64,000 bases of DNA from an uncultured Alphaproteobacteria bacterium. GTDB lineage: Bacteria; Pseudomonadota; Alphaproteobacteria; UBA11222. Under the pieces are notes generated by a model. It saw nothing but the letters and a program-made list of their open reading frames with translations, ran no database searches and was not told the DNA's origin. Shown piece by piece: positions 1 through 9,840 of this stretch (positions are counted from its first letter, which is position 1; every line of letters begins with the position of its first letter). The stretch is taken from NCBI GenBank assembly GCA_947258435.1, contig CAMYID010000022.1, positions 268,279 through 332,278 of the forward strand, in the 5' to 3' direction. The position numbers and the translations under genes are program-made.

Positions 1-78
1 CACGGACTCGACCGTGCCGCCGCGCTGCTCAATCGCGGATTTGCGCAATTGGCAGCGCCACTGGTGGAGACGCCATGA
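1..78 (+). CDS. 3' end of a gene entering from the left edge, probably a glycosyltransferase (GT4-like C-terminus)
   Basis: Frame 1 reads HGLDRAAALLNRGFAQLAAPLVETP*. The TGA (76-78) overlaps the next ATG (ATGA). The product is inferred from the final-helix pattern and context only. Confidence 0.5.
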   Translation, partial: HGLDRAAALLNRGFAQLAAPLVETP

Positions 79-692
79 CTCGGCTTGTCTTTATTCGGCA
101 TGGCCGCACCGGCTGGAACGCGGAAAAGCGGATACAGGGGCGGACCGATATCCCCTTGAGCGAGGCGGGGCGCGCCGAACTGAGCGGCTTTCGCGCGCCG
201 GCTGTCACCCGTGATACGGACTGGCATGTCAGCCCCCTGATCCGCGCAGTGGAAACCGCGCGGCTGATCGGTCCCGGCGCATTTCTGATCGAGCCGCGCC
301 TGATCGAAATGGGCTGGGGGGAATGGGAAGGTGAAACCCTGCTGACATTGCGCGAACGCCATGGCGCGCAGATGCTGGCCAATGAAGCGCGCGGCCGTGA
401 CTTCTGCCCGCCGGGCGGGGAATCGCCCCACGAAGTTCTGACCCGGATGCATGACTGGTTTTGCGCGGTCGGGGCGGCGGGGCGGCCTGTCACCGCGCTG
501 TGCCACAAGGGGGTCATCCGCGCGGTTCTGAGCCATGCGTATGCGTGGGATATGACCGGCCCCGCGCCGGTGCGGCTTGACTGGAATGCGGCGCATGTTT
601 TCGAGGTGGACGCCCAGGGCGGATTGCGACCGGTCGAGATGAACGTGCCATTCATACCCCTTGCGCCTGCGTCGCCGGGTGAGGCAGAGTGA
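75..692 (+). CDS. Histidine phosphatase (phosphoglycerate mutase family)
   Basis: N-terminal FIRHG-T-WN motif, GRTDIPLS, SPL-RA-ETA, EMGWGEWEG, PPGGES and the second catalytic His in CHKGVIR. Confidence 0.92.
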   Translation: MTRLVFIRHGRTGWNAEKRIQGRTDIPLSEAGRAELSGFRAPAVTRDTDWHVSPLIRAVETARLIGPGAFLIEPRLIEMGWGEWEGETLLTLRERHGAQMLANEARGRDFCPPGGESPHEVLTRMHDWFCAVGAAGRPVTALCHKGVIRAVLSHAYAWDMTGPAPVRLDWNAAHVFEVDAQGGLRPVEMNVPFIPLAPASPGEAE

Positions 693-1861
693 TGGCACAT
701 CGCATTCTCATCCATGTGCAGCATCTGCTCGGTATCGGGCATCTGCGGCGCGCGGAAAGGCTTGCCGAAATGCTTGTCGCGCGTGGCGCGCAGGTCATGC
801 TGATGTCGGGCGGGATGCCCCGGACCGGGCTTGTCAGCGCCGCGGTTGAATTTGTGCAACTGCCGCCTGTCCGGGCCCGTGACGCAACATTTTCCGAACT
901 TGTTGATCCGCAGGGGCAGCCGGTGGGCGCGGCGTGGCGCACAGCGCGGCAGGCGGCGGTAGGCGCGTGCCTTGACCGCTTTGCGCCTGATTGTCTGATA
1001 ACCGAGCTGTTTCCGTTTGGCCGCCGGAAATTCGCCTTCGAATTGTTGCCCCTGCTGGAAGCGGCCCGCGCGCGGCCGCAGCGGCCGCTTGTTCTGGCCT
1101 CGGTGCGTGACGTGCTGGTGCCGCCTGCAGACCCGGCACGCATGGCGGATATGCTTGCCTGGGCTGAGCGCTATTACGACCGGATCCTGGTGCATGGGGA
1201 TGAGCGTTTTCTGCCGCTTGAGACAAGTTTTCCGCAGGCCTGGAAAATCAGCCGGCTGCTCCGTTACACCGGTTATCTGACCGATGCATCGCCGGCTCCC
1301 GACGCTGTGTCGCGGCAGGATGTGACGGGCAGGTCCGTACTTGTGTCGGCTGGTGGCGGTGCGGTGGGGGAGCGGCTTCTGCGTACAGCCCTTCACGCGC
1401 GGGCATTATCGGGTCCGGCGGCGGCTTTGCCCTGGCGGCTGTTCGTCGGCCCGCATGGCCCGCCTGATCTTCTGTCGCAGTTGCGCGCGGCCGCACCGGA
1501 TGGGGTGAGCGTCGAGCCGAATCGCGGTGATTTCCCCGCGCTCTTGCACGCTGCGGCGCTGTCGATCAGCCAGGCGGGCTATAATACGGTAAGCGAGGTT
1601 TTTGCGGCCCGGCAGCGGGCGGTACTGGTCCCCTTTGCCGGCGCCCGCGAATCGGAGCAGACAGTGCGGGCGACAGCGGCGGCGCGGCATGGCCTTGCAG
1701 TTTGCGTCGGGGAGGATCGGTTGAGCGCGGAAACTTTGGGTTGGGCTGTTGCGGATGCGCTTGTCAGACCGCTTCCTTCCGCACAAGCCTACCCCAATCT
1801 GACCGGTGCGGAGCGCGCCGCCGACTGGATCCTGCAAGCGCTGGGTGAGCAGCATGGTTGA
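689..1861 (+). CDS. Glycosyltransferase, GT-B fold with GT28-like C-terminal domain
   Basis: HVQHLLGIGHL, ELFPFGRRKF, SVRDVL, VSAGGGAVG, SQAGYNT and EQTVRA motifs. Overlaps neighbours at both ends. Confidence 0.88.
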   Translation: MMAHRILIHVQHLLGIGHLRRAERLAEMLVARGAQVMLMSGGMPRTGLVSAAVEFVQLPPVRARDATFSELVDPQGQPVGAAWRTARQAAVGACLDRFAPDCLITELFPFGRRKFAFELLPLLEAARARPQRPLVLASVRDVLVPPADPARMADMLAWAERYYDRILVHGDERFLPLETSFPQAWKISRLLRYTGYLTDASPAPDAVSRQDVTGRSVLVSAGGGAVGERLLRTALHARALSGPAAALPWRLFVGPHGPPDLLSQLRAAAPDGVSVEPNRGDFPALLHAAALSISQAGYNTVSEVFAARQRAVLVPFAGARESEQTVRATAAARHGLAVCVGEDRLSAETLGWAVADALVRPLPSAQAYPNLTGAERAADWILQALGEQHG

Positions 1862-2726
1862 GAGGGCTGGCTGGTCCGAGCTGGCGCGCGAACTCGACCA
1901 ATGGGCCGATGCAGGGATCAGGGCTGATTTCTGGTGGCGCGATGATGATGCGGAAGCGTGCGACAGCCGGCTTGAGACGTTGCTTGAGTTGCGCGCGGCT
2001 TTCTCGCTGCCGCTGGCGCTTGCCATCCCGCCCGCGACGGCGCGCCCGGATCTGTGGTCCCGGCTGGCGGCGAGCCAGGGGGCCATCGCGCTTGTGCATG
2101 GGGCGGCACATCGCAACCATGCGCCCCCTGGCGAAAAAAAAGCCGAGTTCGGGCCGCACCGTCCGAAGGCGGCCATGGGACGTGAACTTGCGGACGCGCT
2201 GCTACAGCTGACCAGTGCGGCCGGTGCGGCTGGCGTAACGGCTTTGCCGGTGCTGGTGCCGCCCTGGAACCGCATCGATATGCGCCTTATTTCGGCGCTG
2301 CCCGGGCTTGGTTATCGGGGGTTATCGGCCTTTGGGTCCCGGCAGACCGCGCGGCCCCTTGCCGGGTTGGCGGTTTGCAACTGTCATCTCGATATTATCG
2401 ACTGGCGCGGCGCGCGCGGGCTTGTGCCGCCCGGCCGGTTGCTTGCCACATTGACCGGGCAGCTTGCCGCACGTCGCGCCCTGCTGCTTGCAGGCCCTCG
2501 GCGTGCGGATCGCGCACCTGCTGCGGGTGAGAGGGAACCGATCGGAATCCTGACCCATCACCGGGTGCAGGAAAGAGACAGCAATGATTTCCTGCGTTTG
2601 TTGTTTGACCGGCTGTGCCAGTCGCGCAATGGCCAGCCGGTTGTCCGCTGGCTGTCGGCGCGGGAGATTTTTGTGTCTGACGCGGATGCGACGGGCGAAC
2701 TTTCCACGCCGCCCCGGAACGGGTAG
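1854..2726 (+). CDS. Polysaccharide deacetylase-like protein
   Basis: FWWRDDD (NodB-type motif 1), VHGAAHRNHA (H-x3-H), VPPWNRI and GILTHH. Start moved to the ATG at 1854, which overlaps the upstream stop. Confidence 0.8.
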   Translation: MVERAGWSELARELDQWADAGIRADFWWRDDDAEACDSRLETLLELRAAFSLPLALAIPPATARPDLWSRLAASQGAIALVHGAAHRNHAPPGEKKAEFGPHRPKAAMGRELADALLQLTSAAGAAGVTALPVLVPPWNRIDMRLISALPGLGYRGLSAFGSRQTARPLAGLAVCNCHLDIIDWRGARGLVPPGRLLATLTGQLAARRALLLAGPRRADRAPAAGEREPIGILTHHRVQERDSNDFLRLLFDRLCQSRNGQPVVRWLSAREIFVSDADATGELSTPPRNG

Positions 2727-2763
2727 TTTTCTTGCCAATCGCCACTTTCAACCGGAAGCCGCC

Positions 2764-4623
2764 TTGTCCGATCTGCTTTTAGTCAATGATCTCAGCGTGG
2801 AATTTGCCACGCCCGCCGGCGCGTTTCAGGCCCTTGAGGGGGTGAATTTCCGTGTGCCCCGTGGCCGGACCGTTGCGCTTGTCGGCGAATCGGGGTCGGG
2901 CAAAACCGTGATCGCGCAAACGATCATGGGTCTGCTGCCCGCCAGCGGCCGGATCCTGTCCGGGCAAGTGCTGTTCGATCACGACAAGTCGCCGGACACA
3001 CCGCCGCGCGATCTTGCCGCGCTGTCGCATTCGGATCGGGCGCTGCGTATGCTGCGCGGCCGCGATATGAGCATGGTTTTTCAGGAGCCGATGAGCGCCC
3101 TGTCGCCGCTGCATACGATCGGGGATCAGATTGATGAAAGCGCGCGGTACCATCTGCGCCTGTCGCGCAAGGCGGCGCGTGCCCGGGCGATCGAAACGCT
3201 GGGGCTTGTCGGGTTTCCCGATCCTGCACGTGCCTATCATGCCTATCCGTTCGAATTGTCCGGCGGTCTGCGGCAGCGCGCGGTGATTGCCATGGCGATT
3301 ATCTGCCGTCCCGCTTTGCTGATTGCGGATGAGCCGACAACCGCGCTCGATGTGACGATCCAGGCACAGATCCTCGCCTTGCTGCAGCGGTTGCAGGCGG
3401 AACTCGATATGGCGGTACTGCTCATCACCCATGATCTGGGTGTTGTTGCGCATCTTGCCGATGAAATTGTCGTGCTGCATCAGGGGCAGGTGATGGAAGC
3501 CGGTGACAGGCAGGCGATCTTTTCCGATCCGACGCACCCCTATCTGCGCGGCCTGCTTGCGGCGGTGCCCCGGCTTGCGGCCTCTCCGCGCCATGCTGAA
3601 CAGGTGCCCGGGGCTGCGAACGCCGCGCCGCCGGAATCTTCCGCACCGGCTGATGTACATCTGAAGACGGACAGGCGACCGATTATCTCCGTACAAGGTA
3701 TATGCAAGGGGTTTCATTCCCGCGCCGCGCGGCGGTTGCCTGCTGAGGGCGCGGAACCGGTTGCCGCGGTAACGGATGTGAGTTTCGATCTGTGCCCGGG
3801 GGAATGCGTTGGCCTGGTTGGTGAATCAGGGTGCGGAAAGACGACGACGGCTAAGCTGATCATGCGCGCGCTGATGCCGGATGCGGGCACAATTTTTTTC
3901 AACGGTACGGATATCAGTAAATTTGCGGGCCATGCGCTCAGCAGTTACCGGACACAGGTGCAGTATATTTTTCAGGACCCGTTTTCATCTCTCAATCCGC
4001 GTATGACTGTCGGTGATCTTTTGTGCGAGCCGTTACAGATTCATCGCCGTGGCGATCGCGCGTCCCGACAGGCCCGCGCCCGCGCGCTGATGCAGCGTGT
4101 GGGGCTCGACCCTGATCATCTGACGCGCTATCCGCATGCTTTTTCGGGCGGTCAGCGGCAACGGATCGGAATTGCCCGGGCGCTGGCGCTCGATCCGCAA
4201 GTGCTGATCTGCGACGAGCCTGTTTCCGCGCTCGATGTCACGGTGCAGGCAAGAATTCTCGCGCTTCTGAAAGATCTTCAGACGGAACTTTCGCTGACCT
4301 ATCTGTTCGTCAGTCACGATCTGGCCGTGATGCGCCAGATTGCTGACAGGATTATTGTCATGCAGGGTGGGCGGGTTGTGGAAACCGGCGAATGCGACGA
4401 GCTGTTCGAAAATCCGGTTCATCCCTATACCCGGGCCTTGCTGGCCGCGGTGCCCGATCCGGATCCTGACGCCGTGTTCGATTTTGCCGACGCGATGAGC
4501 GGTGCGGCAGGTGGGCCCGATGGCTGGCCGGCACCCTATTGCGACAACAGTCATGTCCGTGTTCAGATGAAGCAGATATCGGCAACCCATTTTGTCAGGG
4601 TATTTGAAGCCGATGCCGTATAA
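2764..4623 (+). CDS. Peptide/nickel-type ABC transporter ATP-binding protein, two fused NBDs
   Basis: Two Walker A ([16 protein letters not shown]), LSGGLRQR and FSGGQRQR signatures, DEPTTALD and DEPVSALD, two HPY motifs. TTG start at 2764 is inferred. Confidence 0.93.
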   Translation: MSDLLLVNDLSVEFATPAGAFQALEGVNFRVPRGRTVALVGESGSGKTVIAQTIMGLLPASGRILSGQVLFDHDKSPDTPPRDLAALSHSDRALRMLRGRDMSMVFQEPMSALSPLHTIGDQIDESARYHLRLSRKAARARAIETLGLVGFPDPARAYHAYPFELSGGLRQRAVIAMAIICRPALLIADEPTTALDVTIQAQILALLQRLQAELDMAVLLITHDLGVVAHLADEIVVLHQGQVMEAGDRQAIFSDPTHPYLRGLLAAVPRLAASPRHAEQVPGAANAAPPESSAPADVHLKTDRRPIISVQGICKGFHSRAARRLPAEGAEPVAAVTDVSFDLCPGECVGLVGESGCGKTTTAKLIMRALMPDAGTIFFNGTDISKFAGHALSSYRTQVQYIFQDPFSSLNPRMTVGDLLCEPLQIHRRGDRASRQARARALMQRVGLDPDHLTRYPHAFSGGQRQRIGIARALALDPQVLICDEPVSALDVTVQARILALLKDLQTELSLTYLFVSHDLAVMRQIADRIIVMQGGRVVETGECDELFENPVHPYTRALLAAVPDPDPDAVFDFADAMSGAAGGPDGWPAPYCDNSHVRVQMKQISATHFVRVFEADAV

Positions 4624-6568
4624 TCCGCTTCCGGTGGTCAGGGTCATCGCCCTGGTGCTGCTGATATGCTGCGCGACCGGGCTTTCGGTTACTTTCAGCC
4701 CGGCCGCCGAAAATGACTATATCGAGCCGCCCTTTTTCGAGCGCGCGCGCGCGGATGGTGTTCTGCCGTCGATTATGGAACGGCTCCCCGACCAGCCGCT
4801 GATTACAGACCCCGCAGCGCAGGGTCTTGAGGCCGGGCAATATGGCGGAACGCTCCGTACCCTGATTACAAAGCCGCGCGATATTCGCTATATGGTGGTG
4901 AATGGCTATGCCCGTCTTGTGGGGCGCAATGCAAGTTTACAGCTATTGCCCGATATTCTGGAAAGTTATGAAGTTGCTGATGAGCGGGTCTTCACCTTCC
5001 ACCTGCGCGCGGGGCATCGCTGGTCCGACGGGCACCCCTTCACGGCGGAAGATTTCCGTTATTACTGGGAAGATGTTGCAAATAACCCCGAGCTCAGCCC
5101 CGCCGGCCCGCCGGCGCTGCTGCTTGCGGGCAAAGCCCTGCCTGAATTTGAGGTCGTCGATTCGCTGACCGTGCGCTATCGCTGGGCCGAACCGAACCCG
5201 GCATTTCTCTCCGCATTGGCGCAGGCGCGGCCGCCCTTTATCTACCGGCCCGCACATTATCTGGGGCAGTTTCATATCCGCTATGCCGATCCCGACCGGC
5301 TGGCCGACGCAATCGCGGCCGAAAAGGTGCGCAACTGGGCGGCGCTCCATAACCGGCGCGACAATATGTATAAATTCGACAATATCGAGATGCCGACTTT
5401 GCAGCCCTGGGTAAACCGCACTGCCTCGCCCGCCGCGCAATATGTGTTTGAGCGCAATCCCTATTATCATCGGGTAGACAGGGCAGGCCGACAGCTGCCC
5501 TATATCGATCGGGTGGTGATGCAGGTCGCCGATGGCCGCCTGATCGCCGCCAAGACCAATGCGGGGGAAAGCGATCTGCAGGCGCGCGGGTTGAGCTTCA
5601 GCGATATTACCGTGCTGCGGCAGGGGGAGGCGCGCAATGATTATCAGACCCGGCTCTGGCCGCTCTCGGCCGGCGCGCATATGGCGCTTTATCCGAATCT
5701 GAATTATGAGCGGCCGGTCTGGCGGACACTGTTCCGCGATGTGCGGTTCCGCCGCGCCTTGTCGCTTGGTATTGACCGGCATCTGATCAATCGTTCGCTG
5801 TTCTTCGGGCTTGCGCTTGAGGGCAACAACATGGTGCTGCCGACCTCGCCGCTGTTTGAACCGGCGCTGCAGACACGCTGGGCGGTGTATAATCGCGCGG
5901 TGGCGAACCGCATGCTCGATGCGCTGGGGCTGACCGCGCGCGACGGGCGCGGCATTCGTCTGCTGCCCGACGGGCAACCCTTGCGTATCATTGTGGAAAC
6001 CGCGGGCGAATCACCCGAGCAGGTCGATATCCTTGAGCTGATCGCCGCGGACTGGAAGACAATCGGCATCGATCTGCTGATCAAGCCCTCGCAGCGGGAA
6101 GTGATGCGCAATCGCGCCTATGCGGGCAAGGCGATGATGACCGTTTGGAGCGGTTTTGACACCGGCATGCCCACCGCCGATATGCCGCCCGATATGCTGG
6201 CACCCATGGCGCAGGACGATCTGCAATGGCCGCGCTGGGGGCAATATTATCAGACCGGCGGCAAGGGGGGTGAACCGCCCGATATGGCCGGGCCAGTCTA
6301 TCTGCTGGCGCTGGCGCAGGAATGGCGCGCGGCGACGATGGATCGCCGCCGCGCGATCTGGCGTGAAATGCTGAACCTGCATGCGGATGCGCAATATACG
6401 ATCGGTGTCATCGCCGGTGTGCAGCAGCCAGTCGTCGTTTCGAACCGGTTGCGCAATGTCCCGCAGATGGCCTTTTACGGGTGGGACCCCGGCGCGCAGT
6501 TCGGCATCTACCGGCCCGACCAGTTCTGGTTCGCCGATGCAGCGGACCAACAGCGGGCGGGAGGGTGA
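4613..6568 (+). CDS. ABC transporter substrate-binding protein, family 5
   Basis: Signal peptide, YGGTLR, FTFHLRAGHRWSDGHPFTAEDF, FERNPYY..VD..G.QLPYIDR and FRRALSLGIDR. Confidence 0.93.
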   Translation: MPYNPLPVVRVIALVLLICCATGLSVTFSPAAENDYIEPPFFERARADGVLPSIMERLPDQPLITDPAAQGLEAGQYGGTLRTLITKPRDIRYMVVNGYARLVGRNASLQLLPDILESYEVADERVFTFHLRAGHRWSDGHPFTAEDFRYYWEDVANNPELSPAGPPALLLAGKALPEFEVVDSLTVRYRWAEPNPAFLSALAQARPPFIYRPAHYLGQFHIRYADPDRLADAIAAEKVRNWAALHNRRDNMYKFDNIEMPTLQPWVNRTASPAAQYVFERNPYYHRVDRAGRQLPYIDRVVMQVADGRLIAAKTNAGESDLQARGLSFSDITVLRQGEARNDYQTRLWPLSAGAHMALYPNLNYERPVWRTLFRDVRFRRALSLGIDRHLINRSLFFGLALEGNNMVLPTSPLFEPALQTRWAVYNRAVANRMLDALGLTARDGRGIRLLPDGQPLRIIVETAGESPEQVDILELIAADWKTIGIDLLIKPSQREVMRNRAYAGKAMMTVWSGFDTGMPTADMPPDMLAPMAQDDLQWPRWGQYYQTGGKGGEPPDMAGPVYLLALAQEWRAATMDRRRAIWREMLNLHADAQYTIGVIAGVQQPVVVSNRLRNVPQMAFYGWDPGAQFGIYRPDQFWFADAADQQRAGG

Positions 6569-6572
6569 TCCG

Positions 6573-7604
6573 GTGCTGCGCTATGTCACAAGGCGGCTGT
6601 TGCTTGCCATCCCGACCCTGATCGCAATCAGCTTACTGATTTTCTTTATCATTCAGCTGCCGCCCGGAGATTATCTGTCCAACCAGATTGACGAGCTGCG
6701 CGCCCAGGGTGAGGAAGCAAGCCTTGCCAAGGTTGAGTTCCTGCGCGCGCAATTCGGGTTTGACCGCCCCTTCATTGAACAATATGCGGTCTGGGTCGGC
6801 ATCTGGCCCGGACCTGACGGTCTGCATGGTCTGTTGCAGGGAAATTGGGGCTGGTCGTTTGAATATGATCAGCCGGTTGAAACTGTGCTGGGTGACAGTC
6901 TGGGGCTGACTTTGCTGCTTAATTTCGCGACGGTTCTGTTCATTTACATCGTCGCTTTCCCGATCGGGGTTTATTCCGCGACGCGGCAATACAGCGTCGG
7001 CGATTACGGCTTTACGCTGCTGGGCTATCTGGGTCTTGCGACGCCGAATTTCCTGCTTGGGCTGATCCTGCTTTACTACGGCAATCTGTGGTTCGGTCTG
7101 TCGATTGGCGGGCTGATGGCGCCTGAATATATGGATGCGCCCTGGAGCCTTGCCAAATTCCGCTCCGTGCTGTCGCATCTGGCGGTGCCGGTGATTGTGA
7201 TCGGTACGGCGGGGACGGCGGCGATGATCCGACGCTTGCGCGCCAATTTGCTCGACGAGTTGCGCAAACCCTATGTGGCGACAGCGCGCGCCAAGGGACT
7301 GCCGCGCGGGCGCATGCTGGCCAAATACCCGCTGCGCATGGCGCTTAACCCCTTCATTGCCGATATTGGCGATCTGCTGCCGCAGATGGTGTCAGGCTCG
7401 GTCATCGTGTCGGTGGTGCTGAATCTGCCCACGGTCGGGCCGGTGCTGCTTGGCGCGCTGCGCAGTCAGGATCAGTATCTGGCCGGTTTCATCCTGATGT
7501 TCGTTGCGCTGCTGACGGTTGTGGGAATGCTGATTTCCGATCTGTTGCTGGGGCTGCTTGATCCGCGTATCCGGCTGCAGGGCAAGGCGGCGATGGGCCG
7601 ATGA
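6573..7604 (+). CDS. ABC transporter permease (DppB/OppB-like)
   Basis: MLRYVTRRLL start (GTG at 6573), QLPPGDY, EAA-like loop YVATARAKGL and DLLLGLLDPRIR. Confidence 0.93.
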   Translation: MLRYVTRRLLLAIPTLIAISLLIFFIIQLPPGDYLSNQIDELRAQGEEASLAKVEFLRAQFGFDRPFIEQYAVWVGIWPGPDGLHGLLQGNWGWSFEYDQPVETVLGDSLGLTLLLNFATVLFIYIVAFPIGVYSATRQYSVGDYGFTLLGYLGLATPNFLLGLILLYYGNLWFGLSIGGLMAPEYMDAPWSLAKFRSVLSHLAVPVIVIGTAGTAAMIRRLRANLLDELRKPYVATARAKGLPRGRMLAKYPLRMALNPFIADIGDLLPQMVSGSVIVSVVLNLPTVGPVLLGALRSQDQYLAGFILMFVALLTVVGMLISDLLLGLLDPRIRLQGKAAMGR

Positions 7605-8803
7605 GCGAGACGCCGAACCAGCAATCGCAGCAGCCGGGGCGCGGGACAATGCCGCCGGCTGATCGCGTGCCGCATTATGTGAACCCTGCCCCCTTCACGC
7701 CCGAGCTTGAACCGCGCTGGCGCGGCAACGGGCAGCGTTTCGCATCGCAATGGCAACTGATCTGGTGGAAGTTCCGCCGTCATAAGCTCGCCTTGTGGAG
7801 CGGCATCTTCCTGGCCCTGATCTACGGGACGATCCCGTTCAGCGAGTTGATCGCCCCTTACGGGCTGCAGGACAGGAATGCGGATTATCTTTTCGCGCCG
7901 CCGCAGCCACTGCATTTTTTTCACGAGGGGGAATTTATCGGCCCCTTCACCTATCCTTATCGTGCGGTGCCCAATCTCGATCTGTTCAAATGGGATTATG
8001 TGGAAGAACGCGACAAGCCGCAGCGATTGCGTTTTTTCTGCCGTGGGCCGGCCTATGAGTTGTGGAATTTATGGCCGCTTGACTGGCATTTCTTTTGCCC
8101 TGCCAAAGGCGCCACGCTGCATCTGTTCGGGACCGACAGGCTCGGGCGCGATCTGTTTTCGCGGATTGTTTACGGCACGCGGATTTCACTTACCGTCGGG
8201 CTTGTGGGGGTGACGATCAGCCTCTTGCTGGGGCTGCTGATCGGCGGGCTTGCGGGATATCTGGGTGGCTGGGTCGACGGGGTGAGCCAGCGGCTGATCG
8301 AGATTATCCGCTCCCTGCCTGAACTGCCCTTATGGATGGCGTTGTCTGCTGCCCTGCCGGTAACGTGGAGCCCGATCCTTGTTTATCTGGGGATTACGGT
8401 AATCCTCGGGCTGCTCGACTGGCCGGGGCTGGCGCGGGCGGTGCGCGCCCGGATTCTGTCGCTGCGGGAGGAGGATTTCACAGTAGCGGCCGAGCTGATG
8501 GGCGCGCGGCCGGCGCGTGTTATCGGGCGGCATCTGCTGCCCAATTTCGCAAGTCATCTGATCGCCAGCGTCACCCTCTCGGTACCCGCCATGATCCTTG
8601 GGGAAACAGCCTTGTCCTTTCTGGGCCTTGGTCTGCGTCCGCCGGTCACAAGCTGGGGTGTGCTGCTCAACGACGCGCAGAACCTTGCCGCGATCGAATT
8701 CTATCCCTGGCTTTTGCTGCCGATGCTGCCGGTGATCCTTGTCGTGCTGGCGTTCAATTTCCTGGGCGACGGGTTGCGCGATGCAGCTGACCCTTATCAC
8801 TGA
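7601..8803 (+). CDS. ABC transporter permease (DppC/OppC-like)
   Basis: LFGTDRLGRDLFSRIVYGTRISL, AAELMGA, GETALSFLGLG and FNFLGDGLRDAADP. Confidence 0.94.
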   Translation: MSETPNQQSQQPGRGTMPPADRVPHYVNPAPFTPELEPRWRGNGQRFASQWQLIWWKFRRHKLALWSGIFLALIYGTIPFSELIAPYGLQDRNADYLFAPPQPLHFFHEGEFIGPFTYPYRAVPNLDLFKWDYVEERDKPQRLRFFCRGPAYELWNLWPLDWHFFCPAKGATLHLFGTDRLGRDLFSRIVYGTRISLTVGLVGVTISLLLGLLIGGLAGYLGGWVDGVSQRLIEIIRSLPELPLWMALSAALPVTWSPILVYLGITVILGLLDWPGLARAVRARILSLREEDFTVAAELMGARPARVIGRHLLPNFASHLIASVTLSVPAMILGETALSFLGLGLRPPVTSWGVLLNDAQNLAAIEFYPWLLLPMLPVILVVLAFNFLGDGLRDAADPYH

Positions 8804-8812
8804 GCAGTGCGA

Positions 8813-9709
8813 TCATTCGCCCGCTTGCACCGGGCTTCCGGCTTTGCGTAGCCAGAGGCTCGATTCACAAGCACCAGCGGGCAGTGGCAACCCGGCCACT
8901 GCGCTTTGCGCCAGCGCCTGTCCCATGCGGCTTTGCACATAGTGGCTGGCAAAAAGCGGTTCGAATGCGTCGCAGCATATCAGCGGGCCGAGCGCCTGCT
9001 GCTCGTTATAGCCGCGCCAGTCCCAGGCGGCGGGATAGGGGTCGGGCAGAAAGATATCGTGAAAATGCAAAATGACGCCCGCGGGCAAAGCCGGCACGAT
9101 CCGGTTGAGCAAGAAATCGACATCGGTGCCGGGCATCAGGATATGGCTTGAATCGATAAACAGCATATCGCCCGGGCCGAGCGTCGCGAACAGATCCCGC
9201 TGTTTTTCCGCCGCCGCCTGCAAAGTCATGGCAAGCGCGGTTACCGGCAGGGAGGCAAGGTTTGCGCGCGGCGCCGGGTCGATTGCGGTAATTTGCGTCG
9301 CCGGCGACAGGCGCATTGCCGCATCGGCCAGAAAGCGTGTCGAATGGCCCGAGCCGATCTCAACGATCTGCGCGGGTTTGTGCCAGGCAACCATGGCAAA
9401 GGCCATCGCCGCATCGAGGCGGGGAAACCAGTCCTGCTCCCAGCGCGGGGCCGGTAGCGGTTCGGTGCCGATCCGCGCAAATTCATCGGAAAAGGCGGTC
9501 AGACCGGCAAGCTGTGCCGCGAACACCGGCTGTTGTGCAGCAAATCGTCGCGCGATATCCGGATTGGGTTCGGGGTCAAAGCCGGCCCGCGCCGCGCGCG
9601 CCATCTGCGCGGCATAGCGATAGGGGATGAAAAACCCCCTCGGCTGACCGAGCAAGGTTGCAATCCCCATGCCGAAGCGGCGCATTTTTTGCCGCATTTT
9701 TTGCCGCAT
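8813..9709 (-). CDS. Class I SAM-dependent methyltransferase (Methyltransf_24-like)
   Basis: IVEIGSGHST SAM motif, LFIDSSH, HFHDIFLP.PYP and YNEQ. GAGGGAG lies just upstream of the start. Confidence 0.88.
   Translation of the reverse strand: MRQKMRQKMRRFGMGIATLLGQPRGFFIPYRYAAQMARAARAGFDPEPNPDIARRFAAQQPVFAAQLAGLTAFSDEFARIGTEPLPAPRWEQDWFPRLDAAMAFAMVAWHKPAQIVEIGSGHSTRFLADAAMRLSPATQITAIDPAPRANLASLPVTALAMTLQAAAEKQRDLFATLGPGDMLFIDSSHILMPGTDVDFLLNRIVPALPAGVILHFHDIFLPDPYPAAWDWRGYNEQQALGPLICCDAFEPLFASHYVQSRMGQALAQSAVAGLPLPAGACESSLWLRKAGSPVQAGE
9681..9709. repeat. 12-bp perfect tandem repeat, about 2.4 copies
   Basis: CGCATTTTTTGC at 9681-9692 and 9693-9704, plus CGCAT at 9705-9709. Encodes MRQK-MRQK-MR on the minus strand. 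Confidence 0.9.
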
Positions 9710-9840
9710 AACTCCCTCAAACGCTGCAAGCGATGGCCCGAACGTGGCAGGTTATGACATAATCCCCGCAATCGACACTCGCGCGTCCGGCAACACATCA
9801 TAGCGGGCCGGACGCAGCAAAGAACAGGAACCACAAATCG

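Noticed and set aside
2584-2763. Long N-terminal extensions given by the ORF track (also 6381, 34058, 35524, 40024, 40741, 45007, 60112)
   Set aside because: They overlap neighbouring genes or lack an RBS and family similarity, so downstream starts fit better.
9752-9762. Palindrome TTATGACATAA between the divergent methyltransferase and crotonase genes
   Set aside because: It has only 5-bp arms and no regulator gene is nearby, so it could be chance.
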